NCBI GenBank assembly: GCA_046563655.1
Contig: CM102289.1
Span: forward strand, 2,976,001-3,040,000
Reading direction: 5' to 3'
Length of the DNA stretch: 64,000 nt
Source: Yuukianura sp. NJ FZ-2021
Taxonomy: Eukaryota
Shown here: positions 12,950 to 24,893 of the stretch, piece after piece
How the letters are laid out: every line of letters starts with the position of its first letter
Numbering within the stretch: position 1 is the stretch's first letter
The notes under the pieces: generated by a model
What the model saw: the letters and a program-made list of their open reading frames with translations, nothing else
The model's database searches: none
Told to the model about the DNA's origin: nothing
Position numbers and translations under genes: made by a program

Positions 12950-14628
12950 TTAATTTGGTGACTCAATTTCGAAATTGGAATTAGAATGTGCCAATTCAGG
13001 TATATTTGTGACCGTTGCTGCTAACTTGATAGACAAAATGGGTTGGTCTGTTCCAGAACTGCCTACTTGCTTGTTGTACCTATTCTTGCGAATTCTCGAA
13101 TTCAATGAAGTGCCTCTGAGGCAGATAAGTTCTTTAATGGCAAAACGGAAGTCTTTGTTGAACATTGTGTAGATGAAGGGGTTAGCACATGAGTTGAGGT
13201 AACCCATCCAAACTAGCATGTCGGAAACGTGATTGGACACTTTGAAGTTTTCTCCTATGATATTAAAAACCATTTCAACTTTCTGTTTACTTTGAAATTT
13301 AGAGTATCGTGTGGCAATAAATTTGTTAGAAGGCTTACCACTTAGTTTAAAAATAGCATCTGCCAGAGTAGTAGAAAAGAATGGAAGCCAGCATATGAAA
13401 AAAACGCTGGTCACTGTTCCTAACATGATGCATCCTTTCTTCTGTCGCAAAAATCTGCAAGCTTTTACAAAAACAGTAAAATTCGTTTTGAAAAAATCAA
13501 TGTAAGCAGTAGGCTTTCAGTTTAAAAAATCTGTACTTTACAATTATTTAGTGTTAACTCAAAGGAATTGAAAAAAAACGGAGTACATTTTTTTTTCTCA
13601 AAAGCCATAAATTTGTCTAAATTCAAGAAAATTGTAAAAGAAAATCAGACACTATTCTCATCTTCACTTTGCGAAATATTTAACAAAAAAAAACACTATA
13701 CCTGGCAAATTACGGCAAACAGCGTGCTCTCTTGTGTATGAATGAATTTGTGCTGTCTGAACTGCCAAAATTTTCCAAATTTTTCCATAGACAGAGATCA
13801 TTATGCACAACGGAAGAAAGAATCCAAACACGAAAACAAAAATTCGCTGCCTAAAAATTCAAAAAAAAAAGTCTGAGAACATTTTTGTTTTTAAATCCTG
13901 TTAATTTACGAAACTTATGATAAACAAAATTGTTGTGAAAGGATTTGAAGGCGACAAAAAAACACAAATCGGGTTGCATTTTTAGATATATAAATCGTGT
14001 TGCATTTTTAGACATATGCTACTAACCATGGAGGGTAAAAATCAATGCAGATGGAAAAATGTGTACTGCTTCCAAGATCGGGTTTGGCATTGCGATCTAA
14101 TCCGAGTCCCCAGTTTGGAACAGTGTGTACAAGTGACAGTATCCAAATACATGAAATAGTTGCATAAATTCTGGAAGGTGTTGCATTTACTTTATAAAAC
14201 AGTGGATGTGCAATTGCTATGTAGCGATCAATTGAGATGACACACAGCCCCAAGATGGAAGCGGCGACAAAAAAGACGACAACTTCACAAACAAAACAAA
14301 AATTACCTCAATTTAAAACGTTAAAAAAAATTAACAGTCAACAAAAGCTTTGATGACTTGACTTACCCGACAAGAAAATTTGGCAACTAGGAGTTCCTGG
14401 TTTCCAATTGAAACAACTTTGCGTAACACTTATTTTGAAAGGTAAAACGAAGATTCCGACTAGGAGGTCTGCCACTGCAAGGGAAAGAATAAAGAAGTTT
14501 CTGGGTTTCCGAAGAACTTTCACCACAACAATAGAAAGAATCACGAGAAAGTTTCCAACCACGGTGAAAAAAAGTACAGACAGCTGAAAAACGAGCCACG
14601 CAGTGCCATTTTTACACTCTTCCGCCAT
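12950..14628 (-). CDS. Class A GPCR, aminergic-like (copy 2)
   Basis: 'GNFLVI', '[10 protein letters not shown]', 'ISIDRY', 'CWLPFF', 'NSCANPFIY'. Multi-exon. Confidence 0.9.
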
Positions 14629-15787
14629 ATGTTACGCTTGTCAGACACAAAAGTACACTCATAAAACAATTTTTCTCAAGTTGGCAAAGGTAAATAGCAC
14701 GCGTTCTTTATATTTCCATGACCTTGCGTCAATTTGTATGAGTCAATGGAGCGTCAGAGTGGGAGTAAAAGTCTCAATGAAGAAGAGGAAGTGAAAACAC
14801 CACTGAAGAGGGAATTTGGCCCAATATTGGCTAAAATGTGTGCCTCAAGTATGGAAGAAGTGATGTAACTTGTTCAGCTAAACTCTGGCTGAAGGGGCAT
14901 AGACAGAGTAACTAACTAGTAACGGAAAACAGAAGGGCACCAAAGCTCTTTCACCAGAGAAAGCCGAACTGATTGCCAACTTTGTGTGGTTTGGCAAACT
15001 CGTTGACGTTGGTATTAAACATGGATCTAGTGGTCTAGTCTTCACACGAGATGAAATGTTACAACTGGTGTCAGAAACACCTTGCTAATACTGTTCTGCA
15101 GCATATGAGTCTTTTTTCTTTTCCTTCAAAGTTATTATATTTTGTGTAAAGTAAGTTCGGAATTTTTTTTACAGCCTCGCGCCTGCTTTTTGTAAAAGAA
15201 ATTAACCGACCTTGTTTTTCAATTTTGATTGATGCGAATGAATATTTGATTAAATATTTCTAGAAAAGTTGCTCAGGATTTGGTTTTTTTTTTCCTCAGC
15301 AAGCTAAAGAAGTGGTTCAGCTTAAGAAAGTAGTATAAGGCAAAAAATTTGCCATTAGGGGAAAGAACCATGGAATCACATTGCAAGATGAAAAGTTTTT
15401 TCTTTGCGGTAAGTTCGTATTGCATTGTCGGACAACATGAATGCAAGTATAGTCCTATGTACTTACGTCCTGTTTTGTTTCGATTTTAGAACAGATCGAT
15501 TACAAATGCTCAAGTGAGATAACAGCAAGTTGGAGTTATTACTTGCCAATATTTTTTTTGTAAAAGCCAAACCTGGATAACATTTATGGAGCAAAATAAT
15601 AACCAGTGAAAGTAATCTCGCGAACATGAAATTTCCTCATGCGCTGCTAAATTATCTTTGTCTGAATTTTTTATTAATGCGAGTTAGCAATTCACTTGTC
15701 AAGGTGATTGAGTGTTATAATAATTAAATTGTCGCTTTGAAATGGCGAAAGTTTTTCGTTTTTTTTTAACTTTCGTGCTTTGAAGTT

Positions 15788-17494
15788 TTAGAATACTTCA
15801 CTTCCAATCACGGCATTGAGAATATTCGCTACTGATTTCACTTGCGGAGCATCTTTGAGCGCTACCAAACAAAAATATTGTTATTAGGTCGCTATTTATA
15901 AATCAATAAATTAAAACATATTTGTTTCTGTAAAGTTTACATGGTTTCAAAGTGGTGTAACCTTTCCAGTCCCAGCATAGGTAGTTCGTTTTAACTGGAG
16001 TCAAAGAACCCGCTGCTACAGCAACTCTTGGAAACACAACTACAATATTGTTGGCATCTGCCACTTGGAAGTACCCAGCATGCTCAGCCCACTGGTCTCC
16101 GACCAAGCTGCAATCATATAAGTATATAATTATAATTATTCTAAAATTATTACTTTAGCCGAATTTTATTGTGGGATTTACTTGGAGATAAGAGACTGTC
16201 CGCAGCCATGGAAAGCTACATGCAACTTGCATACAGATGTCGCTGCTTGACATGCGAGTGGGACATAAATTCCACCGAATTTGTTCATGAAGTCTTTACT
16301 GGCTTTTCCAGAAGGCGTGAACGGACTTTGGTTAAACGTGGCGAACTTTCCTGTCGTGGGCGTAGAGGAACTGTTTGGTGGAGTATAATCCAATCCGTAC
16401 AAATGTGAAAACATATCAAAAACACCTTCGTAGTCACAGTTGCACAGCCCGCCCTCACTAAGAAAGTTCGAGCAAACACCTCCGTAGCTATTTGTTGGCT
16501 ATTACAACAAAAAATTAGGTGCATACGGTATAGGTATATTAAGTAGTTACATACTTCACATCCCAACCAACGTGTTGCATACCTACCATATTACTATTCA
16601 GAATAGTATAGCGCTTATAACAATTTGTTGTTCGAAACTTACTGTACAATGACTAGCGGCAGGCAAATATTTATATTTGACGTTAGACCCGAAATATTTG
16701 CCCATTTGTGCAATTAAATCACTGTACCCTATTGCTGAAACGAAACAAAAAAAATTTCGAATACAATTCAATAGAAAAAAAAATTCCAAAATGAAGAAAT
16801 TCCAATTACATATATTGCATAAATAATTTCAAATAAACAATTTTACATATTATAAATATAAATCAAATTCGGTTTAAATTTGGTACCTGGTTTATTGATA
16901 GGGTCCTTACCACCTTGAAAAACGTAGGTTTTTGACCGCTTAAGATTCACAATGGGGTCGATCAAACCTTGCCTAGATAAGGTCTTGGCTTGTTGTTGCA
17001 GAAACTTCGCGTTGCGGCCGCGAGGAAGTGGTGGCAGTACGGACAATACATTTATGGCGTACAGGAAAATATTTGGTCGGCCACTGATGTTGTACATTGC
17101 GCCAAATGGAACTAAAAATTTTTAGAAAAAAATTTCAGAGAAGCATGTAATACAGAATCGTGTGCAATAACATTTCAGGTAACAAACTCGTTACTGATAG
17201 ATAATGGGGAATCTTGCACTTGTAAAAATACTAATAAAAGTACAAAGGTTGCAAGGGCTTGACCGAAAGTGAGGTAAACTTACCACCAGCAAAAACACCG
17301 TTGCCCTTAATCTTTGATGAGTACATGTACTGCATCATTGTTGTCATGGCGCCACCACTCGAGAATCCAGATGTTGTAATTGTACTCGTATGAATGCGGC
17401 CGTGCCTAACATTGCTCAGGTTCACAACATTCTTCTTAGTAAATTTCGCGTCCGAGAATTGCAACCAAAGCAGAACTAAGATTAATTTTAGCAT
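15788..17494 (-). CDS. Secreted poly(3-hydroxybutyrate) depolymerase-like alpha/beta hydrolase
   Basis: Signal peptide, lipase box 'SGFSSGG', 'GVFAGG', 'GGKDP', 'AASH', 'KLHVAFHGC', 'ADANNIVVVFP', 'CWDW.GY', 'PQV'. Multiple introns. Confidence 0.82.
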
Positions 17495-18506
17495 CACTTT
17501 TGACACCAAATTGGAGAGAATATTTGCAATGATGTCAACTCAAAAGATTTTGCACAAAAAGATCCTGCAATTTTTTCTGCTACAGTAAATGTAAGGGCGA
17601 AACTTTTACTTTTAAAAACAATGAAATTTATGTAAAACGACATAACTAGTACAAACTCTTCGCATTTTGCGGAAGGCCAATATGGAGATTAAAACTTCTT
17701 CAAGCAAAAAACTAGTTTTTAGAACTTCAAAATTTTGATTTCCATTCGACTACCTTATTTAAGTTCCCATTGTGTCAATTAACTCTGTGAATGCTGCATG
17801 GAAACTAGCTATATTTGGTTCTCTTAAAGAAGTGAAAAATTGTAACTGTAAGTATCTTCCTAACTTTTCAATTTAGCCTGAATCCTCCGAGAAAGATGAG
17901 TGATTTGAATAATACAAAAGACTGTGCAAAACATGCAGTAAAAAAGTTATGGATTTCCGTAGGGATTAAAGAGGGCATATGACAGTAGCAAATGATTTTT
18001 GTTATGGAAATTAAACTTCAGTGCGTAACCTTCGCAAGTTTTATACTATTCCGCTCCACTCCAAACCTTGATCGCAAACAATCTCGCTTCATGAATAATC
18101 TTTTCAAAATTGGAATCTCCTTTTGATAAACCCCTGCCCCCACAAACCAGGAAAATGTTTAAAATTTAAGTAAAAATAGAAAAACAAATGATACAGATCA
18201 TGATCCTACTCCTTTTCCCAACCTGCCTTTGGCAGGTGATTGTGTTTTAAATTAGTTGAAATAAAAATGTCAATTTGAAAAAAAAAATGATACGGAAATT
18301 TTAGTAAAAATTATTTCAGGCGATTTATTAATAAATGAATTTCATTTAGAGAAAACTGTGCGAAAACCAGGAACAGAAATTCGTTTGATAATCATTTGGC
18401 GTTACTTTAAAAGGAAAACGATTTAAAATTTCTTGCGTTAGAAACACTCTAAAAAGCGAGTTTACCTTCCCAAAGTATTTGCAAAAACACATAATTCCGA
18501 TACCGA

Positions 18507-18980
18507 ATGGCTGTGGGGTTTCTCTTAATTACTCTAGTTGTGCTCATCAACATCGATGGAAGCATTGCGCAGCGAAGTAAGTTATTTTGAATACACTTGC
18601 ATACCTGGCCAAATGTTTATTGAATTTAAACTTGAATTTAATCGTTTTTGGCGTTCCATTTTACTTTTAATTTAGAGCCGTATTGGCCTTTTGGCTCCCG
18701 CCTAACTAACTATCCTGCTTGTACAAGATGGCAGTGTCCACCTCCAGGGGGATGTTCAACCTGCACCATGTGCTCTATGATGCCATTGATTACCACGACT
18801 CCCGTCAACATTTGCGTGGATATGGCTATGGCACCGATGGTCATGGCCAATGGAGTGCCTTGCAAAACGGCCGGCGGAGTGGACTGCTGCAGAGACTTTC
18901 CAGCGCCTTACCCATGCGTCAACAAAGCGCCTGACTGCGTAACTGCTATGGGTCCTCCTATGTTGACTCCTTGTCCATAG
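18507..18980 (+). CDS. Small secreted Cys/Met/Pro-rich protein, 2 exons
   Basis: Exon 1 (18507-18576) encodes MAVGFLLITLVVLINIDGSIAQR. A phase-1 intron joins it in frame to exon 2 (18676-18980), which has 12 Cys. GC is elevated over the flanks. Confidence 0.72.
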
Positions 18981-19245
18981 AAGTATCCAAAAAATTAAAC
19001 CTCAAACTTTTTTCAAAGTTGTGTAAAATATTGCTGCTATTTCTAAATTGCAGCGATTTGCGAAAAAACCTTGGAAATTCTTTACGGTCAGTTCTTCACC
19101 AATTTATTATTTTTAAATTACAAGTTACTAAATCTGTTGGGCGTTTCCTTAGTCTGACTCAAGTTGACGCAACTCTTTAATTGGGGCGTAACTGTCCACT
19201 TCCATGACAATTTGCGGAGTAGAGCAGGGTTTCACCAAATCAGTT

Positions 19246-19413
19246 TGCCTTTATGCCGTTGTCGATTTTGTTGACATGTTCGAATCATTTTGCCTTGATG
19301 CCGTTGTCGATTTTGTTGACGTGTTCGAATCATTTTGCCTTGATGCCGCTGTCGATTTTGTTGACATGTTCGAATCATTTTGCCTTGATGCCGTTGTTGA
19401 TTTTGTTGACATG
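19246..19413. repeat. 45-bp coding tandem repeat (~3.7 copies; [15 protein letters not shown])
   Basis: Unit tgccttgatgccgttgtcgattttgttgacatgttcgaatcattt repeated at 19246, 19291, 19336 and 19381. Confidence 0.95.
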
Positions 19414-21347
19414 GTCGACTGGTCAGTCAAAGAACTGCCGACTTGCCTGTTGTAGGCTTTGTTTCGATTTCTGGCATTCAATGAAGTACCTCTCAGACAA
19501 ATGATTTCTTTAAAAGCGTAGCGAAAGTCTCCATTGAACATTGTGTAAATGAAAGGATTGGCACAAGAGTTGACGTAACTCATCCAAACAAACGTGTCGA
19601 AAACAAACCGCGGGACTTGCAGTTCCTCTTCTGCGAAATTAAAAAGTTATTAACAACATTATCAATCGTACTTGAAAATAACGCATTAATAGTTCCTTTC
19701 CGAAATTCAGCATTTGTTAGGCTAAGGAATGTGGCGTTAGTAAAATTTTTGGAATTACCGGTGAGTTGCAGTATGGCGTCTAAGAGCATAACAGAAAAGA
19801 ATGGCAGCCAACACAACACGAAAACGCCCATGACAATACCCAGCATGATGCATCCCTTCTTCTCGCGACCAAATTTGCAAACTGTTAAAAAAAAAATTAC
19901 GGAGAAAATTGAACCGATTCTCCGAAAACCAAAAAGATCAAGGTTCGTGAACAAAGAGGTTAGAAATTAAGTCTGTTTTTATATTTTTACCCCCAAAATT
20001 GAAAAAATGAAAAACCATCATATGGCGACTCTCGTTTTCTTGGAAATTTTACCCGAATTTTTTTTTATTCATTTTTTTATGCAACTTTTTGCTCAAATAT
20101 AGTAATCAACAAAGTTCAGAGTAAATTCAGAGCAAAAAGATGTTTGCAGCAACATTTTTGGAAAACGGGACTTATTGCCTAACCTCTTAAACCAAACTAT
20201 TCCAATGCTATTGCAACCTTGAAAAAGATCGTATGAAATAGATTGCCGGAAAGGCTAGAGAAAGCTGTAGAGAAGTTGAGAAGGGCTGAGAAGGGCTGTA
20301 ATTTTTACCGAAATTATTTAAATCGTGTTTTCACCAGGCTAAACAGATACAAATTTTTTATAATTGTAAAAAATCATCTTACTGATGCATTGAGCTGAGG
20401 AAAAGCAACCATTGGGTAAACGACGACATTCTGCATGTGTTCCTGTATATGAGGGCGCTTTCGGTTTCTGCCTCACCAAAATTCGCCAAATTGTTCCATA
20501 AACAAAAGTCATAATACCGAGCGGGAGGAAAAAAATTAAGACAACTGCGATGAGTTGTTCCCTAAATTAAAATTACCAAAAAGCTTGCATTAAAAAGAAA
20601 AAAAGTCAACCAAATCTTTTTGTGTGATTTCTTTATATTTCCATTTGCCACTTCCATTACTTACCAAGAACCCTGGGAAGTAATACACACAGAATAAATT
20701 TCACTTTCCGACTCCAATTCCAAGTAGTAGCCAGAGAATGTAAACGTCGGAATTGTTAGAAGAAAGGACATTAGCCAAATGAGACCAATCGCTATGTAAA
20801 TTTTACACGGCGTAAAATTTACTTTATAAAACAGTGGATGTGCGATTGCTATGTAACGATCAATTGAAATTACGCAGAGTCCGAAGATGGAAGCTGTGCA
20901 GCACATGATGTCAACTTAAAACAAAAGTTTTTGCAAGCAACAGCATTAGTCAAAATCATCAACAAAAAAAACTTACTAAGTTCTAAACAATATACTTTTG
21001 TATAGTATATTAAATTTTGTTATTAAATTCGACATACCTATAATCCAGAGGTGGCAGAAGAAGTCTCCAGCTATCCAATTGTCGCAGTTTTGTTGCAAAC
21101 TTATTTTGAATGGCAAAACTACTAAGCCTACCAAGAGATCCGCCACAGCAAGTGAAAGTATCAAATAATTTTTAGGATGTCGAAGTGCTTTCACCGCTAG
21201 AATCGACACAATCACAAGCAAATTTCCTGCAACAGTAACAAACAGCAGGATAGCTTCAATAACAAGAACGATTAATTCCACATTGCACTTTTCCATAGGC
21301 ACAGGCTTGTAATAGTCGAACCGAAGATCTCTGGAACCGACTTCCAT
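19251..21347 (-). CDS. Class A GPCR, aminergic-like (copy 3) with repeat-expanded C-tail
   Basis: 'VDIMCCTAS', 'ISIDRY', 'CWLPFF', 'NSCANPFIY'. Close paralog of copies 4 and 5. Confidence 0.9.
19939..20221. mobile_element. MITE, CAAGGTT...AACCTTG termini, 8-bp TSD AAAAAGAT (P-element-like termini)
   Basis: AAAAAGAT at 19931-19938 and 20222-20229. Internal inverted repeat gaggtt...aacctc. Homologous copy at ~49627-49913. Confidence 0.85.
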
Positions 21348-22418
21348 CTTTTCCAACGAATTTTAACGTTAACTGTTACAATCAACACCGATTTATAAAT
21401 TAACCAACCTTCACCACCATGTAGTCATGAACTTGAAAAATATTCTACTCTTGGCCTAGTAATATCAGTAAACTCCGAAGTGTATCCAAATCAGCACTTT
21501 GGGGACACGGGTGGAGTCGATGCAATTATAAGTGATGATAATTTAGCAAAGTCAGGAAATTACTCCGGAAATTGAAGGTGGATTCAGTTACGATGCTAAT
21601 GATCACTTTATCTAGAAGAAGTCAATCAGTTATGTATGACAGGGAATACTAGCTATTAAATTCTGGACTTTAGATCTTATTGGCAGTCTAGAAATAAAAA
21701 CGGCAAGGACAACATTTTTGTACAATATGACAGTATGACTGCCAACATTTCTTGGAGTCATATTACATTTTTTGGTTTTTACCAAAAAGATGTCTTGACG
21801 CAGATTACTATTTTTAAAGCATAGAAATAAGCTAGTTGCTTGAATGCATGTCCAGAGAGCTATTTCACAAAATTGAACTACAAAAAGAGTTCATAGATTA
21901 AGTAACATATTGCTACTATTTCTGAATTGAAGCGATTCACAAAAAAACCTTGGAAATCATTTATGGTTGAGTTCTCCGCCAATTTATTGTACTTTCAAAC
22001 TATACTAATTGTAAGATGCTTCTTTTTATTTTCTGCAAGTTTACCATTTCACTACATTTTACCATTTGAAACAGAAAATTAACAGTTTCCAAAAACAAAT
22101 TGGAAATAAAAAATGTTTTTAACAAAGCTTCTAATATTGAAAAATAATGTTGCTAATTTTGCTTTTGATAATATTAATAAATAATATCGCTGAAAAGCAT
22201 AATAAAGCTTGGCAACGTCATAAATCAATTCGTGCTCACATTTAGAGCAAAAAGACGCGTGGGAAAACTTCGTCGTTTTTTTTTTCTCGAAAAATAAAAA
22301 TAAAAACACAAGCGGTTTGTGATTTCAACGTCGGTTGAAAAAACCAAATGACTATACTACTTTTAGCTTGGGTGTTTCTATAGTCAGAATCGAAGTGACG
22401 CCACTCTTAATTTGTTGC

Positions 22419-24054
22419 TTAACTGTCCACCTCCACGGCAATTTGTGGAGTAGAGCTGTACTTTACCAAATCAGTTTGCCTTGATGCCATTGTCGATTTT
22501 ACTGACATGGTTGACTGGTCAGTTCCAGAACTGCCGACTTGCCTGTTGTAAGTTCTGTTCCGAATTCTGTCATTCAATGAAGTACCTCTCAGACAAATGA
22601 TTTCTTTAAAAGCAAAGCGAAAGTCTCCATTGAACATTGTGTAGATGAAAGGATTGGCACAAGAATTAACATAGCCCATCCACACAAGTGCGTCGTAAAC
22701 AAATATCGGCAGTTGCAGTTCCCGTCCTGTGAAAGGAAAAGTTCAACTTTACTTCCGAAATTCAATATTTATTAGGATAAGGAAAGTGGCGTTATAAAAA
22801 TTTTGTAGTTACCGAAGATTTCCAATATGGACTCAGCGAACATAACGGAAAAGAATGGCAACCAGCAGAACACAAAAACGCCCATGACAATGCCCAGCAT
22901 TATGCATCCCTTTTTCTCTTCAACAAACCTGCAAACTGTTTCAAAAATGAATTAATGAAAATGAATTAAAAAAGATAATAGTAAGTATCTTGCCGAGAAA
23001 GTAAGAAGCTATTCAAGTAACTTTTACATCAGTTAAATCAATAGAATTATTTAATAGTTGAAAAAAATCATCTCACTGATGCATAAAGTTGGGGAAGGGG
23101 CGCCATTAGGTAAACGACGACATTCTGCGTGTGTTCCTTTGTAGGATGACGCTTTCGGCTTCTGCTTTGCCAAAATTCTCCAAATTGTTCCATAAACGAA
23201 AGTCATAATGCCAAGTGGAAGGAAAAAAATAAAAACAACGCCGAAGACTAATTCCCTAAATTGCAATTACAAAAAAAATGCACTTGATTAAAACCAAATA
23301 AAAAGTACGCCAAAGACGCCGATTCAAGTTTGTTTTGTGATTTCTTTAAATTTTCATTAGCCGTCTTCATTACTCACCATGGACCATGGGCATTGACGCA
23401 CACCGGAAAAACTTCATTTTTCGACACCAATTGCAAGTAGAAGCCAGACGATGTCAATTTTGGAATTGTTACAAGAAATGATATCAGCCAAATGACAGCA
23501 ATCGCTGTGTAAATTTTACATGGCGTAGAATTTACTTTGTAAAACAATGGACGTGCGATTGCAATGTAACGATCAATTGAGATCACGCTGAGTCCGAAGA
23601 TGGAAGCTGTGCTGCACATGATGTCAACTTAAAACGAAAGTTTTTTAATTGAAATTCATTAGTCAAAATCCCTGAAGTAAAGAAAAAACTACTGTTTTGT
23701 TATTTATACTAATTTTGTGATCTATTTTGACAAACCTGTAATCCAGACGTGGCAGAGAAAGTCTCCCGCTTTCCATTTCTCACAGTTTTGTTGTACACTC
23801 ATTTTGAATGGCAAAACTACTAAGCCTACCAAGAGATCCGCCACAGCAAGTGAAAGTATCAAATAATTTTTAGCATGTCGAAGCACTTTCACCGCAACAA
23901 TTGAGACAATCACAAGCAAATTTCCTACGACAGTCACAAACAGCAGAATAACTTCAAGAACAAGCCATATGTATCCCACATCGCACTTTTCATTAGGCAG
24001 AAGAGACTTGTAATAGTCGAAGCGAGGATCTCCGTAATTGGAATCACCCTCCAT
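22419..24054 (-). CDS. Class A GPCR, aminergic-like (copy 4)
   Basis: 'VDIMCSTAS', 'DRY', 'NSCANPFIY'. Same exon structure as copies 3 and 5. Confidence 0.9.
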
Positions 24055-24893
24055 CTTCTCCAACAAATTCTAGCGTCAACTTATTACAATCAACGCCAAT
24101 TTATAAATTTACCAACCTTCACCACCATATCATCACGAACTTGTAAAATATTCTATTCTTCATCTAGTAATATCAGTGTTAACTCCGAAGTATGTCCAAA
24201 TCAGCACTTTGGGAACACGGGTGGAGTCGATGAGTTTATAAGTGATGGCGATGCAGGAAAGCCAGGAAATTACTTCGGAAATTGAAGGCGGATTCAGTTA
24301 CGAGTACGACCTTATTGCTAATGAATATCACTCTGTCTAAAAGACGACAATAAGTTATGTGACACGCAATGCGTCAGCAACAACCCATTACGATCTGGAC
24401 ATTATTAGTCGTTTTTTGCAATGTCGAGGTAAAAACTAAGTAGTAAAGACAATAATTTTTTGTCAGAACTCACATTACGACGTTCAGCAAAAGGATTCCT
24501 TGGAGCGATTTTTGGTTTTTAGAAAAAAAAATCTTTTGATGCCTATTACAATGATGAGTTGGCAAACAAAGGCGTTGCTATCTGATTTCTAAAAATTTGT
24601 TTTAATCATGAGACGCTTTATTTATGGACGCAAAATTAGGAAATTGAAAACACAATAGTTTGTACACTATAATGCAGTTTTATTCTAAACTTTGTTTATG
24701 TTACTGTGAAATATGCAAAATAACAGCAAAATAAAACCAAATACTTGAACATCAGTTTTAGCCCAGAATAAATACATTGGCAAAATTTCTTCTTCTCGGA
24801 CACTCCTCAACCATACAATTCAATCTTTAGTTTAATCCCAGTTCGGCGGTTCACTTAATCTGACTCCAAATGACGCAACTCTTAATTTGGTGC

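Noticed and set aside
18188..18236. Signal-peptide-like mini-exon MIQIMILLLFPTCLW
   Set aside because: No convincing downstream exon could be assigned. It may be chance or a relic.
19204..19504. Plus-strand repetitive ORFs; possible CRISPR-like array
   Set aside because: These are antisense to the GPCR tail repeat. The units are contiguous with no spacers, and the context is eukaryotic.
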